Source of the DNA: a virus
Taxonomy: Duplodnaviria > Caudoviricetes
Direction: 5' to 3' (one strand)
DNA length: 50,393 nucleotides
Virus record (IMG/VR): IMGVR_UViG_3300024283_000062
Span: 1-50,393 of that record
Below are positions 17,181 to 25,714 of the stretch, in pieces; positions within the stretch are counted from its first letter, which is position 1; each line of letters begins with the position of its first letter. Under the pieces are notes generated by a model that ran no database searches, was not told the DNA's origin, and worked only from the letters and a program-made list of their open reading frames with translations. Made by a program: the position numbers and the translations under genes.

Positions 17181-19556
17181 TTATGCTCCATCCACACGGG
17201 TCCACTCGACGGTCGCCACGACGCGCCAGATCACCGCGTTGCCGGTGGGCGGGGTAAACGTCAGCAGATAACCCTTGTTGGTATTATCGACCGCCTCAGC
17301 AACGGCGATGCCGGTCGTCGTCCCGCTGCCGCCTGACACGGGTGTGCTGATCGGCGTGTAGCTCATCGCCCCCGCGACTTTCTTGAGCAGTCCCAGCTGT
17401 TGCCGCCACACATAAGAATTGGCCGCATTAGTGCTGTCCGTAGCGGCCAGCGTGACCGTCAGCGCGCTGCACTGATGACCCGACACCGAGGTTGAGTTGG
17501 CGATGTTGATAGTACTCGGCGCGGCGAGGTCAGCAGTCAGCGTCACAGGCGTGGTATTGGCCGCCGACAGTTGGCGCAGCACCTGTATGTTGTATTGCGA
17601 TTGCCTGCCTGCCGCGATGACGCCGCCAAAGGCGAGCGTCAGGTAGGTATCCGCGATAGCAGCGCCACCGCCGGCGAGCGCAAACATCTGCGTCGCAGAG
17701 TTGTTATTGCCGCCGAACACGGCGGACCCTTGCCCGCTTGCGGTGTTGCCGGAACCACCGACCACGACCGAGTACTGCCCGGATGCGACGTTGTTCCGAC
17801 CGCCTCCGATCGTGCTTTGCACGCCGCTCGCAACCTGGGTCGCGGCTGCCCGGCTGCCTTGCAGATCGACCGCATAGGCGCCACGGGCGTTACCGCCCGC
17901 CGCCGTGGCGTCCTGATATTGCACCTGGACAGGCGCATTGCCGCCGGTGAAGCCCAGCACGGGGAGCGTATCGGCGCCGATCTGGACAGTCGCGCCGACA
18001 CCGATCGTCGGCACTGGCGCGCCGTTGTCGCGATCGAGGATGCGTATCCGATGGCCGATGGTGGGCGAGGTAAACCCAGCCGTATCAGTGCCGGCGAACA
18101 GCGCAGTACCGCTATAGCTGATATGATTGAACACATGATAGCGCGCGACACGGCCGCTATCGAGCGTGCCGTTGACAATGAACATACGACCAGGACCGCC
18201 GCCTATGTTCTGTCCCAGCAAGCTGTCATGGAAGTTATGGTCGCTGTTGTTGATAACCACACCGTGCCCGTTGTTGTATACACAGTAGAGGTCGTCGAAC
18301 CAGCAGAAGCAGGTATTGCCGAAATGGGTGCCAGCCATCGATCCCTGCACATTGGTGCCGCCGATCAGCACGAGTGGCGCTGTGGCGTTTAACGCCCCGG
18401 CCAGCGCAAGCCCCGCAAACCGCACGCGCAAATACTGCGTGTCGTTGCCGTCGCTCAGCCCGTCCACGACATCGAAGCGAATGCCCTCGCCGCCGATCGT
18501 CACTGTCTCGGTACTGGTCGCCGACGCCTGGACCGACGCCGTAAAGTGCGTTGCATCGACAATGGACGCCACGAAGGCGCCACCTGGCAGGCTGGCACTC
18601 ACCACGCTTTCGCCCAGCCGCAACCCGGCGGTGGATGTCACGGTAATGGTCTGGGACCCGGATGTCAGCGACGCGCCCGGATAGGATATGCCCGCTGGTT
18701 CAAATGTCGCGCAGTCGATGACCGCGTGCTTGACGCTGGCGATCAGCGGCCCCGCCGCGCCAGCTATCTGATTACAGTGAAACAGGATGCCGCGCAGATT
18801 TGTGCCGGACAACATGCGACCGCCATCGGTCGGTGCGATGGTCAGCATGTTCGACTGGAGCTGACCGGCGGTGCGCGGTGCGCCGGTCCAGAGAAGCTGT
18901 GTGGGAGCCGATGGCAACTGGCGATTAACGGCGGCGTTGAGTTGGAACCCATCGCCCCGACTGATCAACGAGACCGATTGCTTGCTGATCGTCAGTGGCC
19001 GGTTAACGAGGCCCTTTCCGCACGGCAGCATGACAGTGCCGCCATAGCTGTAGTTCACCACGCGCGACTGGCAGAGATTGATGGCTGCCTGGATTGCCAC
19101 GCCGTCGATTTCATCGGTCAAGGCAACGGCGTGCGGATACACGGCCTGGGCCGCAGCGAGCGTGCTGTAATAGGCCGATAAGGGATGCGAGTTGCCGTCG
19201 AACACCGCGCCGAAGTCAAGAACATTGACGACATCAGCGAAGCGATCCGTCAGCGCGCGGGATGTCGTGCCGCCGGTTGCCGTCACCGGCACAGTACTGA
19301 CCTGCTGCAAGGGCACCGCCTGCAACGGCTGGACGGCATTACCGGCGAGCGTGATCGGGCCGGTCATGGTGCCGCCGGCGAGCGGCAGCATGCCAGCGGC
19401 CGGGGGCGGGTTGACAAATCCGGTCAGGACATAATTGCCGTCCAGAGCGGCTACCGCCAGAACCTGGTTGACGGTCGGCAGTGTGAGGTTGTCCGGCAGC
19501 ACGGTGGTGCCGTCACCCGGGGCCTGGGCGAGATGGAAATTACGCGTGGACGCCAT
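17181..19556 (-). CDS. Tail spike/fibre with pectate-lyase-like beta-helix
   Basis: LPLAGGTMTGPITL fibre repeat, DRFADVVNVLDFGA spike motif and GGxxNxASG repeats. Confidence 0.8.
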   Translation of the reverse strand: MASTRNFHLAQAPGDGTTVLPDNLTLPTVNQVLAVAALDGNYVLTGFVNPPPAAGMLPLAGGTMTGPITLAGNAVQPLQAVPLQQVSTVPVTATGGTTSRALTDRFADVVNVLDFGAVFDGNSHPLSAYYSTLAAAQAVYPHAVALTDEIDGVAIQAAINLCQSRVVNYSYGGTVMLPCGKGLVNRPLTISKQSVSLISRGDGFQLNAAVNRQLPSAPTQLLWTGAPRTAGQLQSNMLTIAPTDGGRMLSGTNLRGILFHCNQIAGAAGPLIASVKHAVIDCATFEPAGISYPGASLTSGSQTITVTSTAGLRLGESVVSASLPGGAFVASIVDATHFTASVQASATSTETVTIGGEGIRFDVVDGLSDGNDTQYLRVRFAGLALAGALNATAPLVLIGGTNVQGSMAGTHFGNTCFCWFDDLYCVYNNGHGVVINNSDHNFHDSLLGQNIGGGPGRMFIVNGTLDSGRVARYHVFNHISYSGTALFAGTDTAGFTSPTIGHRIRILDRDNGAPVPTIGVGATVQIGADTLPVLGFTGGNAPVQVQYQDATAAGGNARGAYAVDLQGSRAAATQVASGVQSTIGGGRNNVASGQYSVVVGGSGNTASGQGSAVFGGNNNSATQMFALAGGGAAIADTYLTLAFGGVIAAGRQSQYNIQVLRQLSAANTTPVTLTADLAAPSTINIANSTSVSGHQCSALTVTLAATDSTNAANSYVWRQQLGLLKKVAGAMSYTPISTPVSGGSGTTTGIAVAEAVDNTNKGYLLTFTPPTGNAVIWRVVATVEWTRVDGA

Positions 19557-19560
19557 CAGC

Positions 19561-22404
19561 TCAGGTCCCCGGCGCTTTGAGATAGGCGACGCGGAAGATC
19601 CGGCAGGTCACGCTGTTCGCCACCGGGTTGGTGGCGTTCTGACCGAGGACATAAATATCGATCGGCACAGTATCGTCCTGTCCGGCCTGCCCAGTGGTCG
19701 TGCCCGATATGTAGTTGACCGATGACGCAGAACCTTGCGCCTTATACTGTTGCACCCCGGCGCTTTGCTTGGTGATCGTGATCGAGGCCGACCAATGGCA
19801 CAGCGAGCCGCCGCTGCCGGTGGTTGTCCACAATATCGAGCCAGCCGTCGTGACCCAGCGCACCCAGACACTCTTGGTATCAGCCGACGAAGCGATCTGG
19901 CCGCCGACGTCGATGATGATCGCATCGCCGATGTTCTTCAGCTGGCTGCCGTTCAGCGTGAAGCGTTGCAACTGATCAACCGTGATGTCGGCGCCGTTCC
20001 CCACCACGGCGGACGCCACATAGAGCTGCGCCATTTCATCGTCCTCTACAGTTACCTGCGGCACGCCCCAGTTGGTCGAGGCAATGACCTGCGCGTCGAT
20101 CAGCGCGACCGTGCTGCTGGATGGGTGGTTGATGTCGTTGCCGGCCTGCGGCCCGCCGCCCTGGCCGAAGGCGCTGGCGGGATCGAGCGTGCGGAAGGAT
20201 GGCGCACCGATGCCCTCATAAAACTCAGTGACGTTGAAGACCATCGGAGCGCCCACCGGGGCCAGGGCGCTGGCGATCGCGATCGTGGCGTTGCAGATGA
20301 ACCGGGGCAGCGTGGTATCCAGCACCAGGATGGTATTGAGCGAGACCTGCACCACCTCGCCCTTCAGTGTGATGGTCATGGTCACGTCGCCGGCGGGCGG
20401 CGAGTAGTTGACGCCAGCGACAGCCGGCGGGTTATCCGATCCGGTCAGCTGATAGCGCACCGTCCATATGCCGCCGGAAGTCAGGGACACGTGTAGCCGG
20501 TTGGATGTCTGTTTCGAGATGTTAATGTAAAAACCTGGCGCGCCGCACACCGCGAACATCGCCGTGCCACCGCCGTTGACGAACACCAGCGTCATGCGCA
20601 GGTCGCCGTCCGTGGTGGTCCCGATGGTCGTCACGGTGGTGGGTAGCGGACCGGTCAACACCAGGCCGTTCCGGATCGCCGATGGCACACGGGTCAGATA
20701 CTGATAGGCAAAGTCCTTGCCGAACGCCCGGGCATTGTAGTGACGGCCGGGATCAAGCAGCCCAAAGCGCAGAAAAGGAAACGACGGGTTGAAACCACGG
20801 CCATTGGTCCTGGCGAACGTGCGCAGAAATGCCGACGTGGCCTTATAGTATTCCTGATCATCAGCATACTGTCCGCCGGCGTCCGCGTTGGCGGTTTTAT
20901 TGGTGATGATGACCATGTCGGGGCGTTTGCCCCATGACCCGACCTCGGTCATGACATCGCCGATATAGAGCGCAGTATTGGCGCTGGTGGCGTTGGTCCC
21001 GAGCAGAAAGAACACCGTCTCCGGCTCCAGCACCTTCACATAGTCGATCCACCGCAGGCTGAGATCGGTGAACCACGGCGGCGGTGTCGGCGCCGTTGGC
21101 ATACCGATCTGGGTGCCGGTTTGCAGCACCCAGGCCCAGTTGGAACCGGAGATGCCCCGGTTGACGAACGTGAAGGAACACTGCGGGTTCTGCCGGGCGA
21201 TCTCTGCCTTGAGCGCGCCCCAGATGGTCTGGGTCGCATCCACCGTATAGTTGGGCACCGGCGTATCGGTGGACGTGCTGTCACCGATGATCACGACGCG
21301 TTGCGTGCCGCCCTTGGCCCAGCGCGACAGGTGATAGGACGTGTTGATGTCGGTCGCCTGGGCGAACGGCGCCGCGCCGGAGGCCGGCAAGTAAAACTCG
21401 CTGGACTGATCCGACACATCCGGCGACAGCACGTCGATCTGCACCATGCTGCCGGCGCGCAACGGCGTCAGAAACGTCACCGTCGAGGTCGCCGGATTGA
21501 GGCTCCAGTCGCCGCTGCCGGGGTTCGGATCATCCTGCGGCAGCCGGGCGCCGTTGACGTGAACCTCAACGGCTTCTGTCGATACAATCGTATAGTAATT
21601 ACTGGCGAGGTCCGGGGTGGTGAGCGGAAAGACGGTCTGGTTCGCGGTGGCACGATACAGCAGGGCCTGCAATCGCTGCCGGGCGCCGAACGTGGTCGCC
21701 GCCAGATCAGCCCAGTATTCACCGATAACTGCCGCCTGGTTGGCCCACCACCGCGAGGACCAGTGGTCCCCGGTGATATTCATCACGGCGAGGATGTTCG
21801 GCGGGATGGTATCCGGCATGTGTTCCGCCCATGCCTGGGTCACGTCGGCATAATCCTCTGCCAGGGCCGCCGCGGCCTGCGCATCATTGTCGGAATTATC
21901 GGCGTTCGTGGCCGCGGTCTGCGCGGTGGTCGCGTAGCCCTGTGCCGAATTATTGGCCGTCGAGGCCAGGATCGCGGCGTTGCTGGCGGTCGCCGCGGAG
22001 CCGCCGGCGGCGGTGTTCGCGTTATCCGCCGCGGCCGCCGCGGCCTGAGCGGTGCTGGACGATCCCGCCGCCGCCGACGCGTAACTCTGCGCCTGGTCCA
22101 CCAGCGGTTGGACCTCGTCGATGATGCCCTGGGCGATGTCGTCGAACAAACCGGACACCATCTGGCTCTGGCCGACCGAGCCGGCCTTCAGCGTGCCATC
22201 GGTGTTCAGGCTGACTTCGACCCAGCTAAGGGTCTGAGAAATCGCGGTATTTGCCCGATCATACTCGGCATCCATCCGATCGCCCGGGGGCGGCGACGTC
22301 GGGTTGTTCGTCTGCCAGTCGGTAAACGAATACTGCCGGACAGGAGGCGCAGGTTCGGGCACCAACGGCACCGGGGTGGTGCGAGGACGCGCCGTCACGG
22401 ACAT
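19561..22404 (-). CDS. Tail fibre/spike with SGNH/GDSL esterase domain
   Basis: Ala-rich coiled stalk and SGNH blocks IIGDSTS, NRGISG, LLGTN, DINHP. Confidence 0.8.
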   Translation of the reverse strand: MSVTARPRTTPVPLVPEPAPPVRQYSFTDWQTNNPTSPPPGDRMDAEYDRANTAISQTLSWVEVSLNTDGTLKAGSVGQSQMVSGLFDDIAQGIIDEVQPLVDQAQSYASAAAGSSSTAQAAAAAADNANTAAGGSAATASNAAILASTANNSAQGYATTAQTAATNADNSDNDAQAAAALAEDYADVTQAWAEHMPDTIPPNILAVMNITGDHWSSRWWANQAAVIGEYWADLAATTFGARQRLQALLYRATANQTVFPLTTPDLASNYYTIVSTEAVEVHVNGARLPQDDPNPGSGDWSLNPATSTVTFLTPLRAGSMVQIDVLSPDVSDQSSEFYLPASGAAPFAQATDINTSYHLSRWAKGGTQRVVIIGDSTSTDTPVPNYTVDATQTIWGALKAEIARQNPQCSFTFVNRGISGSNWAWVLQTGTQIGMPTAPTPPPWFTDLSLRWIDYVKVLEPETVFFLLGTNATSANTALYIGDVMTEVGSWGKRPDMVIITNKTANADAGGQYADDQEYYKATSAFLRTFARTNGRGFNPSFPFLRFGLLDPGRHYNARAFGKDFAYQYLTRVPSAIRNGLVLTGPLPTTVTTIGTTTDGDLRMTLVFVNGGGTAMFAVCGAPGFYINISKQTSNRLHVSLTSGGIWTVRYQLTGSDNPPAVAGVNYSPPAGDVTMTITLKGEVVQVSLNTILVLDTTLPRFICNATIAIASALAPVGAPMVFNVTEFYEGIGAPSFRTLDPASAFGQGGGPQAGNDINHPSSSTVALIDAQVIASTNWGVPQVTVEDDEMAQLYVASAVVGNGADITVDQLQRFTLNGSQLKNIGDAIIIDVGGQIASSADTKSVWVRWVTTAGSILWTTTGSGGSLCHWSASITITKQSAGVQQYKAQGSASSVNYISGTTTGQAGQDDTVPIDIYVLGQNATNPVANSVTCRIFRVAYLKAPGT

Positions 22405-22469
22405 GGCTCTGTGTCTTTGCTACGTCATGCGAGACACACTACACATGACGAGACAAAGAATGCAAACAA

Positions 22470-23114
22470 CTAGGCTTTCGGACGACGGGTCCAGTGATGT
22501 GGCGGGTTCAGCAACCCCTCGCGCCAGGTGATGCCGCGCTCATGCCTCAGCTTGATACTGGCATACGGCACGCCATAAATCAGCTCGATAAGAACCGGGT
22601 TCATCGGCCCCAACGGCGTATCCACCATCATCCTCGGCTTTGGGGGAGGTTTTGGCGCAGCCCTGCGAACAGGGATGAACAGCTCGCGCCCGTGTTTTGC
22701 TCGATAATTCAAGGTGGTAGCGTCAATGCCGCTGCGACGAGCGGCCTCGGAGAGCGTCAGCATTTCACCCTGATAGGGCACCCGGACGTTGGCCCGCGTG
22801 TTCTGCCCCTGCTGAACCCGCGTCGCCCAGCGGCAATTATCAGGAGAATAGCCGCCGTCATTATCAATGCGGTCCAGCGTAGCGCCAGAAAACCAGGAAG
22901 GACCCATATCCGCCAAAAAAGCGTCATATGACCGCCAGCGGTCACAGATCGCTATCCCTCTGCCCGCGTAAACTCGATAGCTTTTAGGGCGTTTGCTGAT
23001 GCAGCGACTACGCATAGAGTAGAACGCTTGATAGATTGGATCTGTTCTGGTCCGCAAACCGCGGGCATAGCCAGGGTCTGATCGAGGACGCATTTCACCT
23101 CCGTAACGAAACAT
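22470..23114 (-). CDS. HNH homing endonuclease-like protein
   Basis: MRSRC...YAGRGIAICDRW...TLDRIDNDGGYSPDNCRWAT motif with a C-terminal HTH. Confidence 0.9.
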   Translation of the reverse strand: MFRYGGEMRPRSDPGYARGLRTRTDPIYQAFYSMRSRCISKRPKSYRVYAGRGIAICDRWRSYDAFLADMGPSWFSGATLDRIDNDGGYSPDNCRWATRVQQGQNTRANVRVPYQGEMLTLSEAARRSGIDATTLNYRAKHGRELFIPVRRAAPKPPPKPRMMVDTPLGPMNPVLIELIYGVPYASIKLRHERGITWREGLLNPPHHWTRRPKA

Positions 23115-23285
23115 AGGGGAGTGCAAACTAGGAACGCATACTGATCATGGGTTCAACGCGGCCGGGCGCGACCCCCGGGAGGGGGCGGCAAGCCCGGTGG
23201 CGCCTGGTCCCGGGACCGGCGGCGAGGGGCGAGGACCATGGCTTCCCCTTGGTCAGGGAGGGACAAGCCCAATGAAACCAAAGGG

Positions 23286-23645
23286 TTAGGCCCTGGGACC
23301 AGGCATCAAGCCCAGTTCGCACACTGCGCGCAGGCGTTCCAGCTCCAAGACCAGCTGGTCCCGGGACAGGCTGGCCAGCCCTTCCGACGCCACCCGGGAC
23401 GGAGCTACCTGGTGCCGGCCGATCCGCCCGTCCATCTCAGCCAGGGTGCGCGCAGCCTGCACCCGAGCGGTTGCCGGAGCGTTCAAATCGTCGATGACCG
23501 ATCGTAACGCTATCGTTTCATAACCCTCTGTTGCGCCTTTGTCCCGCTTCACCACCACATTCTGTGGTCCCGCTACTGGTCCCGCCTTGGTCCCGCGCGC
23601 CTTCGCCGACCTCGCCTTGCGCTCAGCTAGCCGTGTCCGCACCAC
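23286..23645 (-). CDS. Putative terminase small subunit-like protein
   Basis: GAGGGAG RBS before GTG at 23645. ARVQAARTLAE and LSRDQL..EL..L patterns, near the start of the late operon. Confidence 0.5.
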   Translation of the reverse strand: MVRTRLAERKARSAKARGTKAGPVAGPQNVVVKRDKGATEGYETIALRSVIDDLNAPATARVQAARTLAEMDGRIGRHQVAPSRVASEGLASLSRDQLVLELERLRAVCELGLMPGPRA

Positions 23646-24076
23646 GATAACTCCCTCACAGCCCGAGGCGCCTGGCGCGCCACCGTCAGCGCCTGGCGCT
23701 GCACCCGAGACCAGTAAAGCGGCGCCTGGTCCCGTTTGTCCCAAGCTTGCACCAGTGCCAGGCGGACCGGTGCCCGCTCTGCCAGGCGGACCGTAGCCAG
23801 CTCCCGCCACAAGGGCCACGCCAGCAATTCCAGCGGTAGCAGCCCAAGACGTTCCATCTTGCGCAGCAATCGGCTTTCAGCCCTGCCACCCGCATCGCCA
23901 GCAAACCACACACCACAATGCCGCCGGCACATATCGCGACCTCGCATTGCGATCGTGCGGCATCGCTTACACTTGCGCTGGTCCGCGTAGGGGACCTGAC
24001 AGCGTAGTAAAGCAGCGATGCTATTGGGCGATCCTCGCCACCCGCCCCAAGTCGATATTTCACCGATTTGAGCCAT
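23627..24076 (-). CDS. Zn-finger (HGGxSTG-like) protein, first gene of the late operon
   Basis: CKRCRTIAMRGRDMCRRHCG cysteine/histidine cluster. Confidence 0.55.
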   Translation of the reverse strand: MAQIGEISTWGGWRGSPNSIAALLRCQVPYADQRKCKRCRTIAMRGRDMCRRHCGVWFAGDAGGRAESRLLRKMERLGLLPLELLAWPLWRELATVRLAERAPVRLALVQAWDKRDQAPLYWSRVQRQALTVARQAPRAVRELSWCGHG

Positions 24077-24187
24077 TTTTGTCTTGTCCCGTGCTTTTGT
24101 CGTGCTATGTGTCGTGTCCCGGTCTGACTAAGCCGGGGCCGAGACACGACACCACGACACCACACCACACCAAAGGACACCAATCAA
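24077..24187. promoter_or_regulatory. Divergent promoter region with inverted GTGTCGTGTC/GACACGACAC operator-like pair
   Basis: 10-bp inverted repeat at 24109-24118 and 24143-24152 between divergent operons. Confidence 0.55.
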
Positions 24188-24580
24188 ATGGCTTACCCCT
24201 CACACGTTGCCCGTGGCGCCTTGCGCCACGCGTTACGCACCCATCCTCAAGCCGACACCGTGCTAAACGGCCGGCGCGTCAATGATCTGACAGTTGGCAA
24301 TCTTTACGACGCATTACGCCATCTCAATGTCGATCCGGATGCTATCGCCCGGAACGCATTGCATGCCGCCGATGCCGCCCTGACCCATCACAATGCAGCA
24401 ATCGACAATACGCCGCCTTTCGGCGCGTTGCCTGGGGAGGACACCGACACCATGGCCCTGACACCCGCCGGCCAGGATCTGCTGGCCGAAGGCAACGCCA
24501 TCGAAGCGGAATTGCAATCGATCCGTTCCCTGATCATGACGGGTGGGTTTTCCAGCTTGACAGACTGCGCCAGCTGGTGA
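24188..24580 (+). CDS. Hypothetical protein, possibly the frameshifted N-terminus of the AAA+ ATPase
   Basis: AAGGA RBS and GTGA overlap with the next ORF. The -1 frame reads DRLRQLVIDAHK into the ATPase. Confidence 0.6.
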   Translation: MAYPSHVARGALRHALRTHPQADTVLNGRRVNDLTVGNLYDALRHLNVDPDAIARNALHAADAALTHHNAAIDNTPPFGALPGEDTDTMALTPAGQDLLAEGNAIEAELQSIRSLIMTGGFSSLTDCASW

Positions 24581-25701
24581 TTGACGCGCACAAGCCCGCC
24601 GTAACCGTTGAGGTCGTGCGTGAGGTCCAAGTGCCCGTTGACGTCATCCCGGGCGCGCGTCCGATCCACACCGCCAAGACCACCGGGACCAGCGAGACTT
24701 GGCGCACGCTGTTTGGCGTGACCGGGACCATGGCCAGCCGCACAACCGCGATCTGGGATGCCACCCATCCCGACACGCCCAAGGTCAACGACAGGTATCT
24801 TTGGCCACACCCCCAGACTGAGACTGCACTTTCGCAGTTGGCACGGGGCCGCAACGTAATGCTGTTTGGTCCCGCCGGCACGGGAAAGACCGAATGGGCG
24901 CAGCAATTGGCGGCGAGAACCGGCCGGCCATTCGCGTTGATATCCTGCGACACCGGGACCGATGCCAGCACGCTCGTGGGCATGACGGTGCCCGATGCCA
25001 GCGGTGGCGTGACGTGGCAGGACGGTCAGCTGACCAGAGCTATTCAAACACCGGGTTGCGTCATCTGTTTGGACGAACCCAGTGTCGCACGCCCTGGTGC
25101 ATTGTTTGTCATGCAGAACGTCTTAGCCAATCGTCAGCTATTCATTGCTGAGACTGGCCGGCGCGTATGCGTTGCCCCTGGCGTATTATTCCTCGCCACC
25201 GATAACACCAATGGTGAAGGGGGAGGCGCCCGACGAGGATATACCGACACCAACAGACTCAACGCTGCTTTCCTTGACCGGTTCGGTGTGCGTGTGCGCG
25301 TGGACTTCCTGCCAAGTGACCGCGAAGCAGATATCATCTGTGCCTATACCGGTTGCACACCGGAACTGGCACAGCTGTTAGTTTCAGCTGCAACAGTCAC
25401 CCGCGCCGCTGCCGACAATCAACAGCTGTCCCGTGGGATAGGGTTGCGTCGGTTGCTGGCATGGTCTGAACTTTTGCAAGATGGTGTGGACGCGGAGTAT
25501 GCGTTTCAGAGTGCGGTGTTGAACTGTGCCGCTGAGCAGGACGTCGAAACGCTACGCGAACAATGCCTGTTGGCCTATGACCATGCCAACGTGGCGCGGG
25601 CACTGAAGGGTAAGACCGCTTCGTCCGATCCGGCTGACCCATCCGTTACCAATCCATCCCCGGCTGGGCGCGCTGCCGCTGCCAGCTTCACCACCGTTTG
25701 A
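24577..25701 (+). CDS. MoxR/CbbQ/CobS-type AAA+ ATPase
   Basis: Walker A GPAGTGKT, WQDGQL, Walker B ICLDE, sensor ATDN and LNAAFLDRF motifs. Confidence 0.9.
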   Translation: MIDAHKPAVTVEVVREVQVPVDVIPGARPIHTAKTTGTSETWRTLFGVTGTMASRTTAIWDATHPDTPKVNDRYLWPHPQTETALSQLARGRNVMLFGPAGTGKTEWAQQLAARTGRPFALISCDTGTDASTLVGMTVPDASGGVTWQDGQLTRAIQTPGCVICLDEPSVARPGALFVMQNVLANRQLFIAETGRRVCVAPGVLFLATDNTNGEGGGARRGYTDTNRLNAAFLDRFGVRVRVDFLPSDREADIICAYTGCTPELAQLLVSAATVTRAAADNQQLSRGIGLRRLLAWSELLQDGVDAEYAFQSAVLNCAAEQDVETLREQCLLAYDHANVARALKGKTASSDPADPSVTNPSPAGRAAAASFTTV

Positions 25702-25714
25702 TAGGGGAAACATC

